Origin: Halomonas sp.
Lineage (GTDB): Bacteria > Pseudomonadota > Gammaproteobacteria > Pseudomonadales > Halomonadaceae
Reading direction: 5' to 3'
Assembly: GCA_035581765.1 (NCBI GenBank)
Contig: DATISN010000274.1
Location: forward strand, 4,234-68,233
DNA length: 64,000 bases
Part shown: one piece after another, positions 30,306 to 40,421 of the stretch
Layout of the letters: each line of letters starts with the position of its first letter
How positions within the stretch are numbered: the stretch's first letter is position 1
Notes under the pieces: generated by a model
Seen by the model: only the letters and a program-made list of their open reading frames with translations
Database searches by the model: none
What the model was told of the DNA's origin: nothing
Program-made: the position numbers and the translations under genes

Positions 30306-31253
30306 TCAATCTTCGCCGTGAACGATAAAAGCTTGGGCAAAACCAGCACGACGCAGTTGGTCGCGCACCGGATCAGCCTGCCCCGCATGGCTCAACGGAC
30401 CGACCTGAACCCGGTGCTTCCCAGTCCCGCTGGCGACCCGAACCGGCCGCGAGAGCTCGCTCTCGAGGCGCGCCTTCAGGGCCCTGGCGTTATCCGCGGA
30501 ACCCAGGGCAGCCACTTGAAGAAAGACGTCGCCCTCGGCGTTGCGCCCGTCATTAGCGCTGGCGCCCGAGGAAACGGCAGACGCTACCTTGGCTGACGAG
30601 GACGCCGATGAAACCACTTGCGTGGCCGGCTGCGCTTGCGGTTGGGCGGCCTTGCCCCTGTCGGCCAGCCATTGATCTACATCGATCGCCTCGACCCTGA
30701 CGCGACCGGTGCCGTGATCGAGGATGTCCAGGCGTGCGGCGGCGGCATAGGAAAGGTCGATTTCCCGCTCGCTGTGGAAAGGGCCGCGATCATTGACGCG
30801 AACGATCACCGAGCGACCATTGTCCTGGCTGGTCACGCGGGCAAAGCTCGGCAAGGGCAGCGAACGATGCGCGGCACTCATCGTGTACATGTCGTAGATT
30901 TCGCCGTTGGAGGTGGCATAACCGTGGAATTTCTCGCCGTACCAGGAGGCTCTACCCTCCCGCACGTAGCCACTGGCATCCGCGAGCACTTCGTAGGATT
31001 TCCCCCACACCTCGTACGGTGAGCGATTGCCACCCCGCGACAAGGGCTCACGTCGTGGCTCGGCATTCGGCACCTCGCTGACATCCGGCGGGTCCTGCGG
31101 ATAGGCATCCCCGCTTAGCGCATAACGTTCGCCGCTAGAGGAAGCGTCGCTGCCGGCGCCACCCTGGTCGGTATTGGAAGGGCGCGAGCCTCCACCGCCC
31201 GAACACCCGACGAGCAGCAACAAGAGTCCGAACAGCAGCCCCTGACGGATCAT
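30306..31253 (-). CDS. rlpA: Septal ring lytic transglycosylase lipoprotein (DPBB plus SPOR)
   Basis: LVGC lipobox, ASWYG, AAHRSLP, VNDRGPF, C-terminal SPOR domain. Confidence 0.95.
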   Translation of the reverse strand: MIRQGLLFGLLLLLVGCSGGGGSRPSNTDQGGAGSDASSSGERYALSGDAYPQDPPDVSEVPNAEPRREPLSRGGNRSPYEVWGKSYEVLADASGYVREGRASWYGEKFHGYATSNGEIYDMYTMSAAHRSLPLPSFARVTSQDNGRSVIVRVNDRGPFHSEREIDLSYAAAARLDILDHGTGRVRVEAIDVDQWLADRGKAAQPQAQPATQVVSSASSSAKVASAVSSGASANDGRNAEGDVFLQVAALGSADNARALKARLESELSRPVRVASGTGKHRVQVGPLSHAGQADPVRDQLRRAGFAQAFIVHGED

Positions 31254-32314
31254 GAGCTCGCCTCCCCGTCATCGGCGGAGGAGGTAAGCGGCACCGTCTG
31301 AAGCGCCATGGCGTCGAGAATCGACTCCGCCAGCTCGGTCACTGCCATCGCATAGAGGTGGCTGTGATTGTAACGAGTGATGACGTAGAAGTTGTCATGG
31401 CCAAAACGGTAGCGCCAGGTCGACTCGTCGATTTCCAGCGCCAGCGGAATGACCTCTTGTGACGCGTCCATCCCGACCTCGGGGCGGATACCCTTCTCGA
31501 CAAGCTCGGCGACCTTGCGGTAGGGCTTGGCGGTTCGGTTGAACTCGATACCTCCGGGTGGCGGCACAGGTCCCTTGGCCTCCTGATAGATAGGCTCGTC
31601 GGCCTGCCAGCCATGCTGGGCAAAGTAGTTACCGACACTGCCGATGGCATCCACCGGGTTGGTCCACAGGTCGCGCGTCCCGTCATCGTCGAAATCAACC
31701 GCATAGGCGCGATAGCTGGTGGGGATAAATTGCGGGTAGCCCATCGCGCCGGCATAGGAGCCCATCAGGCTGCCGGGATCGACGCCTTGTTCGTGGGTAA
31801 TGTCGAGAAAGGCCGCCAATTCGCCACGAAAAAAATCCCCGCGCTGCGGATGGTGAAAGGCCAGCGTCGCCAGGGAATCCAGCACCCGATGCCCCCCGGT
31901 GAATCGGCCGTAACTGGTCTCGACCCCGATGATCGCGGCGATGATTTCGGGCGGCACACCGAACTCCGCCTCGGCACGCTCAAAGGCCTGACGGTGCGCC
32001 TCGACGAAAGCGACACCGCTCTGAATCCGCTCGGGGGTCAGGAAGATGGCCCGGTACTCATCCCAGCGCAGCCGTCTCTCCACCGCGCCCTCCATGGACG
32101 CCAACACGTCTTGCTGAAATTCCGCCCCCCTCAGGGCATCCTCAAGCCAGCGCCGTGGAATATCCTGACCGGCCAGTTCATCGACCAGCAACCTGGCCCC
32201 GGCATGTTCGCTCGGGTCGAAGTCTGCCGCAGCAGGCGTGGCCAACGAGACACATGTCAGGCTGCTGGTGGCGATAATGATAGGCATCCACCTTCGTGAT
32301 CGGCTCACCGTCAT
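31250..32314 (-). CDS. mltB: Lytic murein transglycosylase B
   Basis: IIGVETSYG, GSYAGAMGYPQFIPTSY, ITRYNHS. Confidence 0.94.
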   Translation of the reverse strand: MTVSRSRRWMPIIIATSSLTCVSLATPAAADFDPSEHAGARLLVDELAGQDIPRRWLEDALRGAEFQQDVLASMEGAVERRLRWDEYRAIFLTPERIQSGVAFVEAHRQAFERAEAEFGVPPEIIAAIIGVETSYGRFTGGHRVLDSLATLAFHHPQRGDFFRGELAAFLDITHEQGVDPGSLMGSYAGAMGYPQFIPTSYRAYAVDFDDDGTRDLWTNPVDAIGSVGNYFAQHGWQADEPIYQEAKGPVPPPGGIEFNRTAKPYRKVAELVEKGIRPEVGMDASQEVIPLALEIDESTWRYRFGHDNFYVITRYNHSHLYAMAVTELAESILDAMALQTVPLTSSADDGEASS

Positions 32315-32396
32315 GCTGTTGCCTCTTCCCTATAAAATAAGAGTCTGAAAGGTGTCATGCCATCCGCTCATGTGAGCTGGTGCTTGTGAGTTAGTA

Positions 32397-33557
32397 CTAA
32401 CGCGGTAGTAACCGGCGGTGGGCGTGAATCGCCATGAGAATACCGAAACCCGCCATCAAGGTCACGCTGGAGGTTCCCCCGAAGCTGACCAGCGGAAGCG
32501 GCACCCCCACCACCGGAAGGATACCGCTCACCATACCCACGTTGACGAAGACGTATATGAAAAAAGTAAGGATGATGCTACCCGCCAGTAGACGGCCGAA
32601 AGTATTCTGGGCGCCCCCCGCCAACACGATGCCACGAATGACGATCATCAGGTAGAGCACGAGAAACGCCAGCATACCGACCAGGCCGAACTCCTCCCCC
32701 AGCACCGCGACAATGAAGTCGGTGTGGCGCTCGGGCAAAAATTCCAGCTGCGACTGGGTCCCTTGCAGCCATCCCTTCCCCAGCAAGCCGCCGCTGCCGA
32801 TAGCGGTGGTGGACTGAATGATGTTCCAGCCGGAACCCAGTGGATCGCTGTTGGGATCGAGAAAGGTCAGGACCCGCTGCCGCTGATAGTTGTGCATGTT
32901 TATCCACAGCAACGGCAGCGCTGCAGCGGCCAGTAGCGACAACATCGCGATGAAGCGCCAGGTAAGCCCCGCCAGCAGCACCACGAACACCCCGGCGGTT
33001 GCTACCAGTAGCGAGGTACCCAGGTCGGGCTGTTTCGCAATCAGCACCACCGGCACACCGATAAGCAAGGCGCAGACCGCCAGATCCCTGACCCGTGGCG
33101 GCAATTCTCGACGACTGAGATAGGAGGCCACCATCATCGGCATCGCCAGTTTCATCAGCTCCGAAGGCTGGAAGCGGATGACCCCGGGGATCACCAACCA
33201 GCGTTGAGCCCCCATCCCCATGTCGCCGATCAACTCCACCGCCACCAGCATCAGAACGCCAGCGAGATAGGCCGGGAAAGCCCAGCGCTGGAAGGTCGCG
33301 GGCGAGAACTGCGCAAGCACCAGCATGACAGTCAGCGCCACGCCGAACCGGAGCCCCTGGGCGATGGGAACCCGAAGGTATTGCCCGCTGGCACTGTAGA
33401 GCACGACCAGGCCGGTCAGCATCAGCAGCAGCAACATGCCCAGCAGCCATGGGTCGAGATGGATGCGTTCCCAGACGCTGCGTCGACGCGCAATTCCGCT
33501 GGCGGGAGGACGAACGGGATGCCCACGGAGCACGCGGGTGAGATCGATCATGGCCAT
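32397..33557 (-). CDS. rodA: Rod shape-determining protein (SEDS glycosyltransferase)
   Basis: GAQRW, FQPSE, QPDLGT, LPERHTDFI. Confidence 0.96.
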   Translation of the reverse strand: MAMIDLTRVLRGHPVRPPASGIARRRSVWERIHLDPWLLGMLLLLMLTGLVVLYSASGQYLRVPIAQGLRFGVALTVMLVLAQFSPATFQRWAFPAYLAGVLMLVAVELIGDMGMGAQRWLVIPGVIRFQPSELMKLAMPMMVASYLSRRELPPRVRDLAVCALLIGVPVVLIAKQPDLGTSLLVATAGVFVVLLAGLTWRFIAMLSLLAAAALPLLWINMHNYQRQRVLTFLDPNSDPLGSGWNIIQSTTAIGSGGLLGKGWLQGTQSQLEFLPERHTDFIVAVLGEEFGLVGMLAFLVLYLMIVIRGIVLAGGAQNTFGRLLAGSIILTFFIYVFVNVGMVSGILPVVGVPLPLVSFGGTSSVTLMAGFGILMAIHAHRRLLPR

Positions 33558-33560
33558 CGC

Positions 33561-35471
33561 TTAGTTTCCCGCCACACTGCCATCGTCGCTCTCCAGGGTT
33601 TCACGGACCTCTTCGACATCCGGCTGCTCGTCCTCATCGAGCAACCAGGCATCCGTCATCGCGCGAGCCAGGTGGGCAGCATGCGTGCTGCCGCCACCGG
33701 CGTTCTCGACGATGACCGACACGGCTATCTGTGGATCATCCAGCGGGGCAAAGGCAACGAACAATGCATGGTCGCGAAGGCGCTCCGCCAACTCATCGGC
33801 ATCGTAGCGCTGGTCCTGGCCCAAGGAGAACACCTGGGCAGTGCCCGACTTGCCGCCCATCCGGTATTCGAGCCCCACCCCGGTACGCCGAGCCGTTCCC
33901 TCGCTACCAGAAACGACTTTTTCCATGCCGGCAAACACCTCGTCCCACCAGTCCTCATTGACAAGCTCGATATCCGGCATGGTGTCCGGCAAATCGATCG
34001 GCACGTCTTCATCCCCGATACGACGGGCGAGACGCGGCTTGACCCATTCGCCTCGATTGGCCAGCACCGAGGTGGCCGTCGCCAACTGCAGCGGTGTGAC
34101 TTGCCAGTAGCCCTGGCCGATACCCACCGAGAGCGTCTCGCCGGGGTACCAGGATTGTCCGAAACGGTCGCGCTTCCATTCCCTGGATGGCATCAGGGCG
34201 TTGCTCTCGCCGAAGATATCGTGGCCGACACGCTGACCGAAGCCGAAATCACGCATCCGTTCGTGGAGCCGATCAATTCCCAGCTCATGGGCGAGCGTGT
34301 AGTAGTAGGTATTGTTGGATACGGCGATGGATCGCTCCAGGTCGACTCGCCCATGGCCCCAGCGCAACCAGTTACGGTAACGACGCGAATCATTGGGCAA
34401 CTGAAAATACCCGGGATCGTTGATGGTCTTTTCGGGGGTTATCTTCCCTTCCGCCAAGCCCGCCATGGCCAGGAAGGGCTTGATGGTCGAACCGGGAGGA
34501 TACTGGCCGCGAATGGCGCGATTGAACAAGGGGAGATCGAGATTCTGCTGCAGCGCGCGGTAGGAACCGACATCGATGCCAGTCACAAACTGGTTGCTGT
34601 CATAGCCCGGCACCGAGACCATGGCCAGTATCTCGCCGGTTGCCGGCACCATGGCGACAATGGCCCCGCGTCGCCCGTCGAGCAGATCAAACGCCAGCGT
34701 CTGAAGCTCCTTGTCCAGGGTCAGGGTGATGTCCTTGCCCGGTACTGGATTGGTGCGGCCCAGTTCACTGAGCACGCGGCCGCGAGCGTTGGTTTCGACC
34801 TGGCGTAGGCCGGATTGGCCATGCAGCTCGTCCTCGTAGAAGCGCTCGACACCGGTCTTGCCGATGAAGTGAGTCCCGGCATAGCGCCCCGCATCCAGCG
34901 ACTTCAGCTCATCGGTATTGATCCGGCCGACATAGCCCAGGGCATGGACCAGCATCTGCGCATCGGGATAGTAGCGCAGCAGCTGGGCCTCGACCTCGAC
35001 GCCGGGCAGTCGGTGGCGGTTGATCGCCAGACGGGCAATCTGCTGCTCGTTCAGATCGCTCATCAGCAAGGCGGGCTCGAAGGGTCGCTGAGGCTGGTTG
35101 GCACGTGCGCGAAATGCCTTGGCCTCGTCACCCGAGAGCGCCAGCAACGTTTCCAGCAGGTCCAGCGTGGCGGCGAAGTCGTCGGCACGCTCCCGTACCA
35201 GCGTGAGGTTATACGTAGGGCGATTCTCGGCAAGCAGCACGCCGTTGCGGTCATAGATCAACCCTCGCGTTGGCGGCAGTGGCTCTACCCTGACGCGGTT
35301 ATTTTCCGAGCGCGTGCTGTAGACCTCGTGCTGGACGACCTGCAGGTACACCAGGCGTCCCATCAACAACGCGGTCAATGCGATCACCACCAGGGCGGCG
35401 ACCAGCGAACGCACCCGGAAGATTCTCAGCTCCTGTTCGGGGCTCTTCAGCTTGTCGGGTGGTTCACGCAT
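33561..35471 (-). CDS. mrdA: Penicillin-binding protein 2
   Basis: PPGSTIKP, SNN, KSGTAQ; start at MREPPDK. Confidence 0.96.
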   Translation of the reverse strand: MREPPDKLKSPEQELRIFRVRSLVAALVVIALTALLMGRLVYLQVVQHEVYSTRSENNRVRVEPLPPTRGLIYDRNGVLLAENRPTYNLTLVRERADDFAATLDLLETLLALSGDEAKAFRARANQPQRPFEPALLMSDLNEQQIARLAINRHRLPGVEVEAQLLRYYPDAQMLVHALGYVGRINTDELKSLDAGRYAGTHFIGKTGVERFYEDELHGQSGLRQVETNARGRVLSELGRTNPVPGKDITLTLDKELQTLAFDLLDGRRGAIVAMVPATGEILAMVSVPGYDSNQFVTGIDVGSYRALQQNLDLPLFNRAIRGQYPPGSTIKPFLAMAGLAEGKITPEKTINDPGYFQLPNDSRRYRNWLRWGHGRVDLERSIAVSNNTYYYTLAHELGIDRLHERMRDFGFGQRVGHDIFGESNALMPSREWKRDRFGQSWYPGETLSVGIGQGYWQVTPLQLATATSVLANRGEWVKPRLARRIGDEDVPIDLPDTMPDIELVNEDWWDEVFAGMEKVVSGSEGTARRTGVGLEYRMGGKSGTAQVFSLGQDQRYDADELAERLRDHALFVAFAPLDDPQIAVSVIVENAGGGSTHAAHLARAMTDAWLLDEDEQPDVEEVRETLESDDGSVAGN

Positions 35472-35542
35472 GTTGGCAGATGACCTTGGCAGCGAACCCG
35501 GCCAACGCGATGGTCGACCTCGGGCAGCGGGAGAACGAAAAC

Positions 35543-36010
35543 TCAACGGTGATAGGGATGACCGACCAGAAGCGTCCAGGCACGGTAAAGCTGCTCGGCG
35601 AGCAGGATGCGCACCAACGGATGCGGTAGCGTCAGGGGCGACAACGACCAACGCTGATCAGCCTCGGCGGAAAGCGAGGCGTCCAAGCCGTCGGGACCGC
35701 CGACCATCAGCACCACGTCCCGACCCGCCAGGCGCCAGGCTTCGGCTTCCAGCGCAAGCTCCTCGGTACTCCAGGGACGTCCGCCGACTTCCAGGGCGAC
35801 ACGATGCTCACCGCCCTTGAGCCTGCCACGCAGTCGCTCGGCTTCGAGCGCGACGGCGCGCCCCACATCGGCGTTCTTGCCGCGATTGCCCGGCGCGATC
35901 TCTTCGACCTCGAGAGCGAAGTCACGCGGCAATCGCTTGCGATATTCCTCGACACCCGCCGTGACCCAACTCGGCATGCGATTGCCCACGGCCAACAAGC
36001 GGACTCTCAC
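35543..36010 (-). CDS. rlmH: 23S rRNA pseudouridine-1915 N3-methyltransferase
   Basis: [21 protein letters not shown]. Confidence 0.96.
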   Translation of the reverse strand: MRVRLLAVGNRMPSWVTAGVEEYRKRLPRDFALEVEEIAPGNRGKNADVGRAVALEAERLRGRLKGGEHRVALEVGGRPWSTEELALEAEAWRLAGRDVVLMVGGPDGLDASLSAEADQRWSLSPLTLPHPLVRILLAEQLYRAWTLLVGHPYHR

Positions 36011-36393
36011 GCCCCTCTTGCCTCGTCACGATGGTAGGTTTCTGCCGTGACCAGCGGCTCGGCATCGCTGGGCAGATCGGCCCAGAGGCGTTCGAGATCG
36101 TAGAGTTGACGCGTCTCGGGCAGCATCACATGGAGGACTATCTCGCCCATGTCGACCAGTACCCAATCGGAACCATTCTCGCCCTCGACCCCCAGCGGCG
36201 GCTGTCCCGCCGACTTGGCCTTCTCGACGACATTGTTGGCCAGTGCCGCCACATGGCGTGTGGAGGTGCCACTGGCAATGACCATCAGGTCAGTGACGCT
36301 GGTCAGCCGTGAAACATCAAGCAGAACGATATCCTTGGCCTTGAGATCTTCCAGCGCATTCACCGCTAACGTCTTGAGTGTGTCGATATGCAT
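36007..36393 (-). CDS. rsfS: Ribosome silencing factor
   Basis: [23 protein letters not shown]. Confidence 0.95.
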   Translation of the reverse strand: MHIDTLKTLAVNALEDLKAKDIVLLDVSRLTSVTDLMVIASGTSTRHVAALANNVVEKAKSAGQPPLGVEGENGSDWVLVDMGEIVLHVMLPETRQLYDLERLWADLPSDAEPLVTAETYHRDEARGA

Positions 36394-36469
36394 AACCCTA
36401 GGTATTAGCCTCTCATTGGCGAAGTCGTCAGCCTCTATTGTACCCCCTCCTCGCCATGCTGACAGCGTG

Positions 36470-37177
36470 TCAGTTCCGGTAAAGGCCATACCGGCGGATG
36501 CGCGCTTCTACGGCATCGGGGAGCAGGTAGCGAACGCTGGCCCCGCTTGCCAGTCGATGGCGCACGTCGGTGGCGGATATCTCCATGCGCGAGGGCAAGC
36601 GAAGACGCAACAACTGACCCGCTGGCGTCGCCATCAAGGCTTGTGGACCATCCACCTCGCGGTTGGCCACCATGTCTCGCAGCTCCGGCGACAGTGGAGA
36701 GTCGTTGCCGGGACGATCAATCACCACCACATGGGCCAGCTCGAAGAGCCGTCCCGGCTGGTGCCAGTCCGCAAGACGCAGGAACGCATCGTGCCCTACC
36801 GCCATGACCAGCCGCGCTGATGGTCCGAACTCCTCGCGCAGCGAGGCCAGGGTATCGGCGGTAAAGGAAGGGCCGTCACGGTCGAGCTCACGCGAGTCGG
36901 CGAAGAGCCCCGGCGTATCGCCGATGCCCAGCCGCAACAAGGCCAACCGTTGCTCCGGGGAAACACTGGGTTCGCCACGCAGCGGGGGCTTCGCCGCCGG
37001 CACCATGTGCACGCGATCAAGACCCAGCGCTTCCCCAAGCTCCACGGCACTGCGCAAGTGGCCCAGGTGGACCGGATCGAAGGTGCCGCCGAGCATGGCG
37101 ATGCGGGGAGGTGTCGACATCCCGCGCCCGCCGGAACATGACGCGTGACCTTGCTCGGTCACTGGCGCACCTGTCAT
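36470..37177 (-). CDS. nadD: Nicotinate-nucleotide adenylyltransferase
   Basis: [18 protein letters not shown]; start 37177 or 37120. Confidence 0.95.
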   Translation of the reverse strand: MTGAPVTEQGHASCSGGRGMSTPPRIAMLGGTFDPVHLGHLRSAVELGEALGLDRVHMVPAAKPPLRGEPSVSPEQRLALLRLGIGDTPGLFADSRELDRDGPSFTADTLASLREEFGPSARLVMAVGHDAFLRLADWHQPGRLFELAHVVVIDRPGNDSPLSPELRDMVANREVDGPQALMATPAGQLLRLRLPSRMEISATDVRHRLASGASVRYLLPDAVEARIRRYGLYRN

Positions 37178-38481
37178 TGACGTACCTGGCCATCACCGAG
37201 CACCACGTACTTGCGAGTGGTCAGCCCTTCAAGGCCCACCGGACCGCGGGCGTGCAACTTGTCGGTCGAGATGCCGATCTCGGCCCCCAGGCCATACTCG
37301 AACCCATCGGCAAACCGCGTCGAGGCGTTGACCATGACCGAACTTGAATCGACTTCGGCCAGAAAGCGCCGTGCCAGGGCATACTTCTCGGTGACGATGG
37401 CATCGGTGTGATGCGAACCGTAGCGCTCGATGTGCGCGATGGCCTCGTCAATCCCGTCCACGACCCGCACGGCAAGCACCGGTGCCAGGTACTCGGCGTG
37501 CCAGTCTTCTTCGGTAGCCGCGACGATGTCGCCAAGTATCGCTCGGGTTCGCTCGCAGCCGCGCAGCTCGACACCATGCTCGGCGTAACCCGCCGCCAGC
37601 ACCGGCAGCATCGCCTCGGCCAGCGGGGCATCGATCAGCAGCGTTTCCATGGTATTGCAGGTGCCGTAGCGATGTGTCTTGGCGTTGATCGCGATGGCCA
37701 GTGCCTTTTGAGGATCGGCGCTGGCGTCGAGATAGACATGGCAGACACCGTCAAGATGCTTGATCACCGGCACCCGCGCCTCACGGGTAATACGCTCGAT
37801 CAAGGATTTGCCGCCGCGAGGAATGATCACATCGACATACTCGGGCATGCTGATCAGGCGCCCCACCGCCTCCCGATCGGTGGTAGCCACCACCTGTACC
37901 GCCGCTTCCGGCAGGCCGGCGTCGAGAAGCCCCTGTCGGATGCAGGTCGCAATGGCCGCATTGGATTCGCTTGCCTCGGAGCCGCCGCGCAGGATGCAGG
38001 CATTGCCTGACTTGAGGCACAGGCTCGCCGCTTCCATGGTGACGTTGGGCCGCGATTCGTAGATGATGCCAATCACGCCCAGCGGCACGCGCATCTGGCC
38101 GACCTGGATGCCGCTGGGACGGGCACGCAGCCCATCGATTTCACCGACCGGATCCGGCAGGGCCGCCACCTGGGTAAGCCCTTCGATCATGGCGTCCAGG
38201 CGGGCATCGTCCAGTGCCAGTCGATCAAGCAACGCCGCCTCCAGGCCACGGTCGCGGCCACGCGACAGATCGCGCTGGTTGGCCTCAAGTACCCGATGCC
38301 TGGCAGACTCAAGATGCTCGGCCATCGCTGACACGGCCGCGTTCTTAACGGCGGTAGGGGCACGACGCATCTGAATCGCGGCCTGCCTGGCGGCCCGACC
38401 CAGGCCATCCATGTAGGCGTGGATATCCCCGATCGCCGGGGTCGCGGAATCACAAGTCGGACGTGAGGGTTGAGCTGTCAT
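37174..38481 (-). CDS. proA: Glutamate-5-semialdehyde dehydrogenase
   Basis: [34 protein letters not shown]; GGAGG SD before ATG 38481. Confidence 0.96.
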   Translation of the reverse strand: MTAQPSRPTCDSATPAIGDIHAYMDGLGRAARQAAIQMRRAPTAVKNAAVSAMAEHLESARHRVLEANQRDLSRGRDRGLEAALLDRLALDDARLDAMIEGLTQVAALPDPVGEIDGLRARPSGIQVGQMRVPLGVIGIIYESRPNVTMEAASLCLKSGNACILRGGSEASESNAAIATCIRQGLLDAGLPEAAVQVVATTDREAVGRLISMPEYVDVIIPRGGKSLIERITREARVPVIKHLDGVCHVYLDASADPQKALAIAINAKTHRYGTCNTMETLLIDAPLAEAMLPVLAAGYAEHGVELRGCERTRAILGDIVAATEEDWHAEYLAPVLAVRVVDGIDEAIAHIERYGSHHTDAIVTEKYALARRFLAEVDSSSVMVNASTRFADGFEYGLGAEIGISTDKLHARGPVGLEGLTTRKYVVLGDGQVRQ

Positions 38482-38577
38482 GCCGTTGCGTGCCTCCTGG
38501 GGCGCCACCGCCGAGACAAAGGGGTCGCGAGCGGTATACTGTGCCGAGATTCGGGAAGGAAGCCATACTAAGCCACC

Positions 38578-39468
38578 ATGCAGAGCAAGTACAAAATCGG
38601 CAAGAGCATTCACAGGATCGGCCTGTTTCGGGGCAATCTCCTGCTGGCAGCCTTTCTTCTGGCTCTGCTCGCCGCCACTGCCGACACCCTGCCCGGCGCT
38701 CTGTTGCTCTGGCTGGCAGCAGGGTGGTTGGGAATAACCGCCAGCCTGCTGGAGTTCAGCCATCGTCGTCCGGCCATGCTTCCCTGGCAGTTGTTGCCGG
38801 GCCTCTTGTTGACCGGGCTGTTGTGGACCGAACCCGACCGCTATCCCCTGTGGCTATGGGCCTGGGCGGTGCTGATCATGCTGCCCCAGCCGCGCTGGCT
38901 GATCACCCTGACGGCCCTGCTCGCCTTGCTGAGCGGGTGGTCACTGCTGACCTGGCTACCCTGGGATCAGGCCATGCTCTCCGGCTTGGTGCTCATTGGC
39001 CTGATGGCCCTTGGACTGGCACGTCAGTATGGCCTGCAGCACCTGCACGGCCAGGCACGTCAGCGCATGCGTCTGATCCCCGAGCTGCGGCTATGGCCCA
39101 GGGAACAGCTTGAGAGCGACCTGGTCCGCGAACGCTCCCGGGCGCAGCGCGAGGAGGTGCATGCCGAACTCTTGCTGCTGCGCACCAAGCGCCATCAGCT
39201 ATGGGCGCTGGCGCGGCAGCTCTGCACGCTCACGCGGCGTTTCGAAAGTTGCTACCGCATCGACGGTCGCACCCTGGCCGCCTTGCTGATCAGCCAGGAT
39301 GCGGGCCAGGCGGCGTCGCGACGCCAGCGCCTGCTGCATAGCCTCGGCTCCTCCACCAAGTGTCGCGCCGTGCCCTTGCCGCACGTCGAGTCGTTGAGCG
39401 AAGAATGCCATGGCCTTGTATCCCAGCATGAAAGCCTCCTCGTCGTCGGTGACACCGCCCATGCGTGA
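38578..39468 (+). CDS. Multi-TM membrane protein with a highly degenerate GGDEF-like C-terminal domain
   Basis: Several TM segments, then [18 protein letters not shown]...[13 protein letters not shown]. Confidence 0.6.
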   Translation: MQSKYKIGKSIHRIGLFRGNLLLAAFLLALLAATADTLPGALLLWLAAGWLGITASLLEFSHRRPAMLPWQLLPGLLLTGLLWTEPDRYPLWLWAWAVLIMLPQPRWLITLTALLALLSGWSLLTWLPWDQAMLSGLVLIGLMALGLARQYGLQHLHGQARQRMRLIPELRLWPREQLESDLVRERSRAQREEVHAELLLLRTKRHQLWALARQLCTLTRRFESCYRIDGRTLAALLISQDAGQAASRRQRLLHSLGSSTKCRAVPLPHVESLSEECHGLVSQHESLLVVGDTAHA

Positions 39469-40393
39469 CCCAAGAACCTGGTCGCGTACGCTGCATGCCC
39501 TGGCCTATCTGGCAGGTGCCTTGTTGCTCGTCACACATGCCTTGTGGCTTTATCTGATGGGCTACTATGCCAGCATCCTGCTGCCGACATTACTGGCTCC
39601 CATGATGTTGCTGGCCGCCCTGCTTCGCCTCGGCCACAAGGACCATGCGCGAGTATCGGCCTTGCTGGTGCTGGCGTGCGGGTATCTGTTGATTGCCATG
39701 GAACTGCCCCGGCTGTCCCTTCCAGCGCCGTTATGGGTCGGCATGCCGCCGGTCTTGACGCTACTGCTGCTGCCCCTCGGACCGGCGACGCTGGTGAATA
39801 TCCTGTCGACGCCCCTGTGGCTGTGGTTGGGCAATGGCCTTCAGGAGCTCGACCTGACACTCGGCTACCTGACGCTGGTCGTGGTCGCAAGCCTGGCGCC
39901 GCGCGAAGCCTTGCGACAACAGGCCTTGTTGAAGGCGACTGCCCCTCACGACCCGGAATGTCCCGCCTTGAATCGGCAGACCCTGCATGACCGCCTTTAC
40001 AGCGAATGTGAGCGAGCCCTGCACCTCCAGCAGCGCCTCGCCGTGGTGATGATTCATCTGCCACAGCTGGACATGGCCGGCGAGCAGTTCGGCCGTGCGG
40101 CGCGTCAGGCGCTGCTCGACAGTCTTTGCCGCGAGGTGGCCAGGCGTTGTCGCGACCATGACCTGTTGGGCCGCGAGTCCCAGGCGGACTTCTGGCTGGT
40201 GCTTTCCGACACCAGCGAGAATGGCGCATTGATGGTCTGTCAGCGGTTGGAAGAAGCCCTGCACCGTACGATTCTGCTCGAGACGGGCCCCGTCGAATGC
40301 CGCCTGGCAACGAGCCTCTTGCAGCCTCAGGAAACCACCGAGCGCTTCGAACAGCGGCTCGTGGCGAGCACTCACCGTCTGGCCGAGACATGA
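39461..40393 (+). CDS. Membrane protein with a degenerate GGDEF domain and intact RxxD I-site
   Basis: DPECPALNR, EQFG, RDHDLLGRESQADFWLVL; overlaps the upstream stop. Confidence 0.75.
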   Translation: MRDPRTWSRTLHALAYLAGALLLVTHALWLYLMGYYASILLPTLLAPMMLLAALLRLGHKDHARVSALLVLACGYLLIAMELPRLSLPAPLWVGMPPVLTLLLLPLGPATLVNILSTPLWLWLGNGLQELDLTLGYLTLVVVASLAPREALRQQALLKATAPHDPECPALNRQTLHDRLYSECERALHLQQRLAVVMIHLPQLDMAGEQFGRAARQALLDSLCREVARRCRDHDLLGRESQADFWLVLSDTSENGALMVCQRLEEALHRTILLETGPVECRLATSLLQPQETTERFEQRLVASTHRLAET

Positions 40394-40421
40394 TCGTCTC
40401 TTCGCGTGATGCAGTCCCAGC

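Noticed and set aside
35472-35651. Extended N-termini in the ORF track for mrdA (also proA, the LysE gene, accB, fis and the kinase fusion)
   Set aside because: They overlap neighbouring genes or promoter regions; downstream starts with SD sequences or stop/start overlaps fit family lengths better
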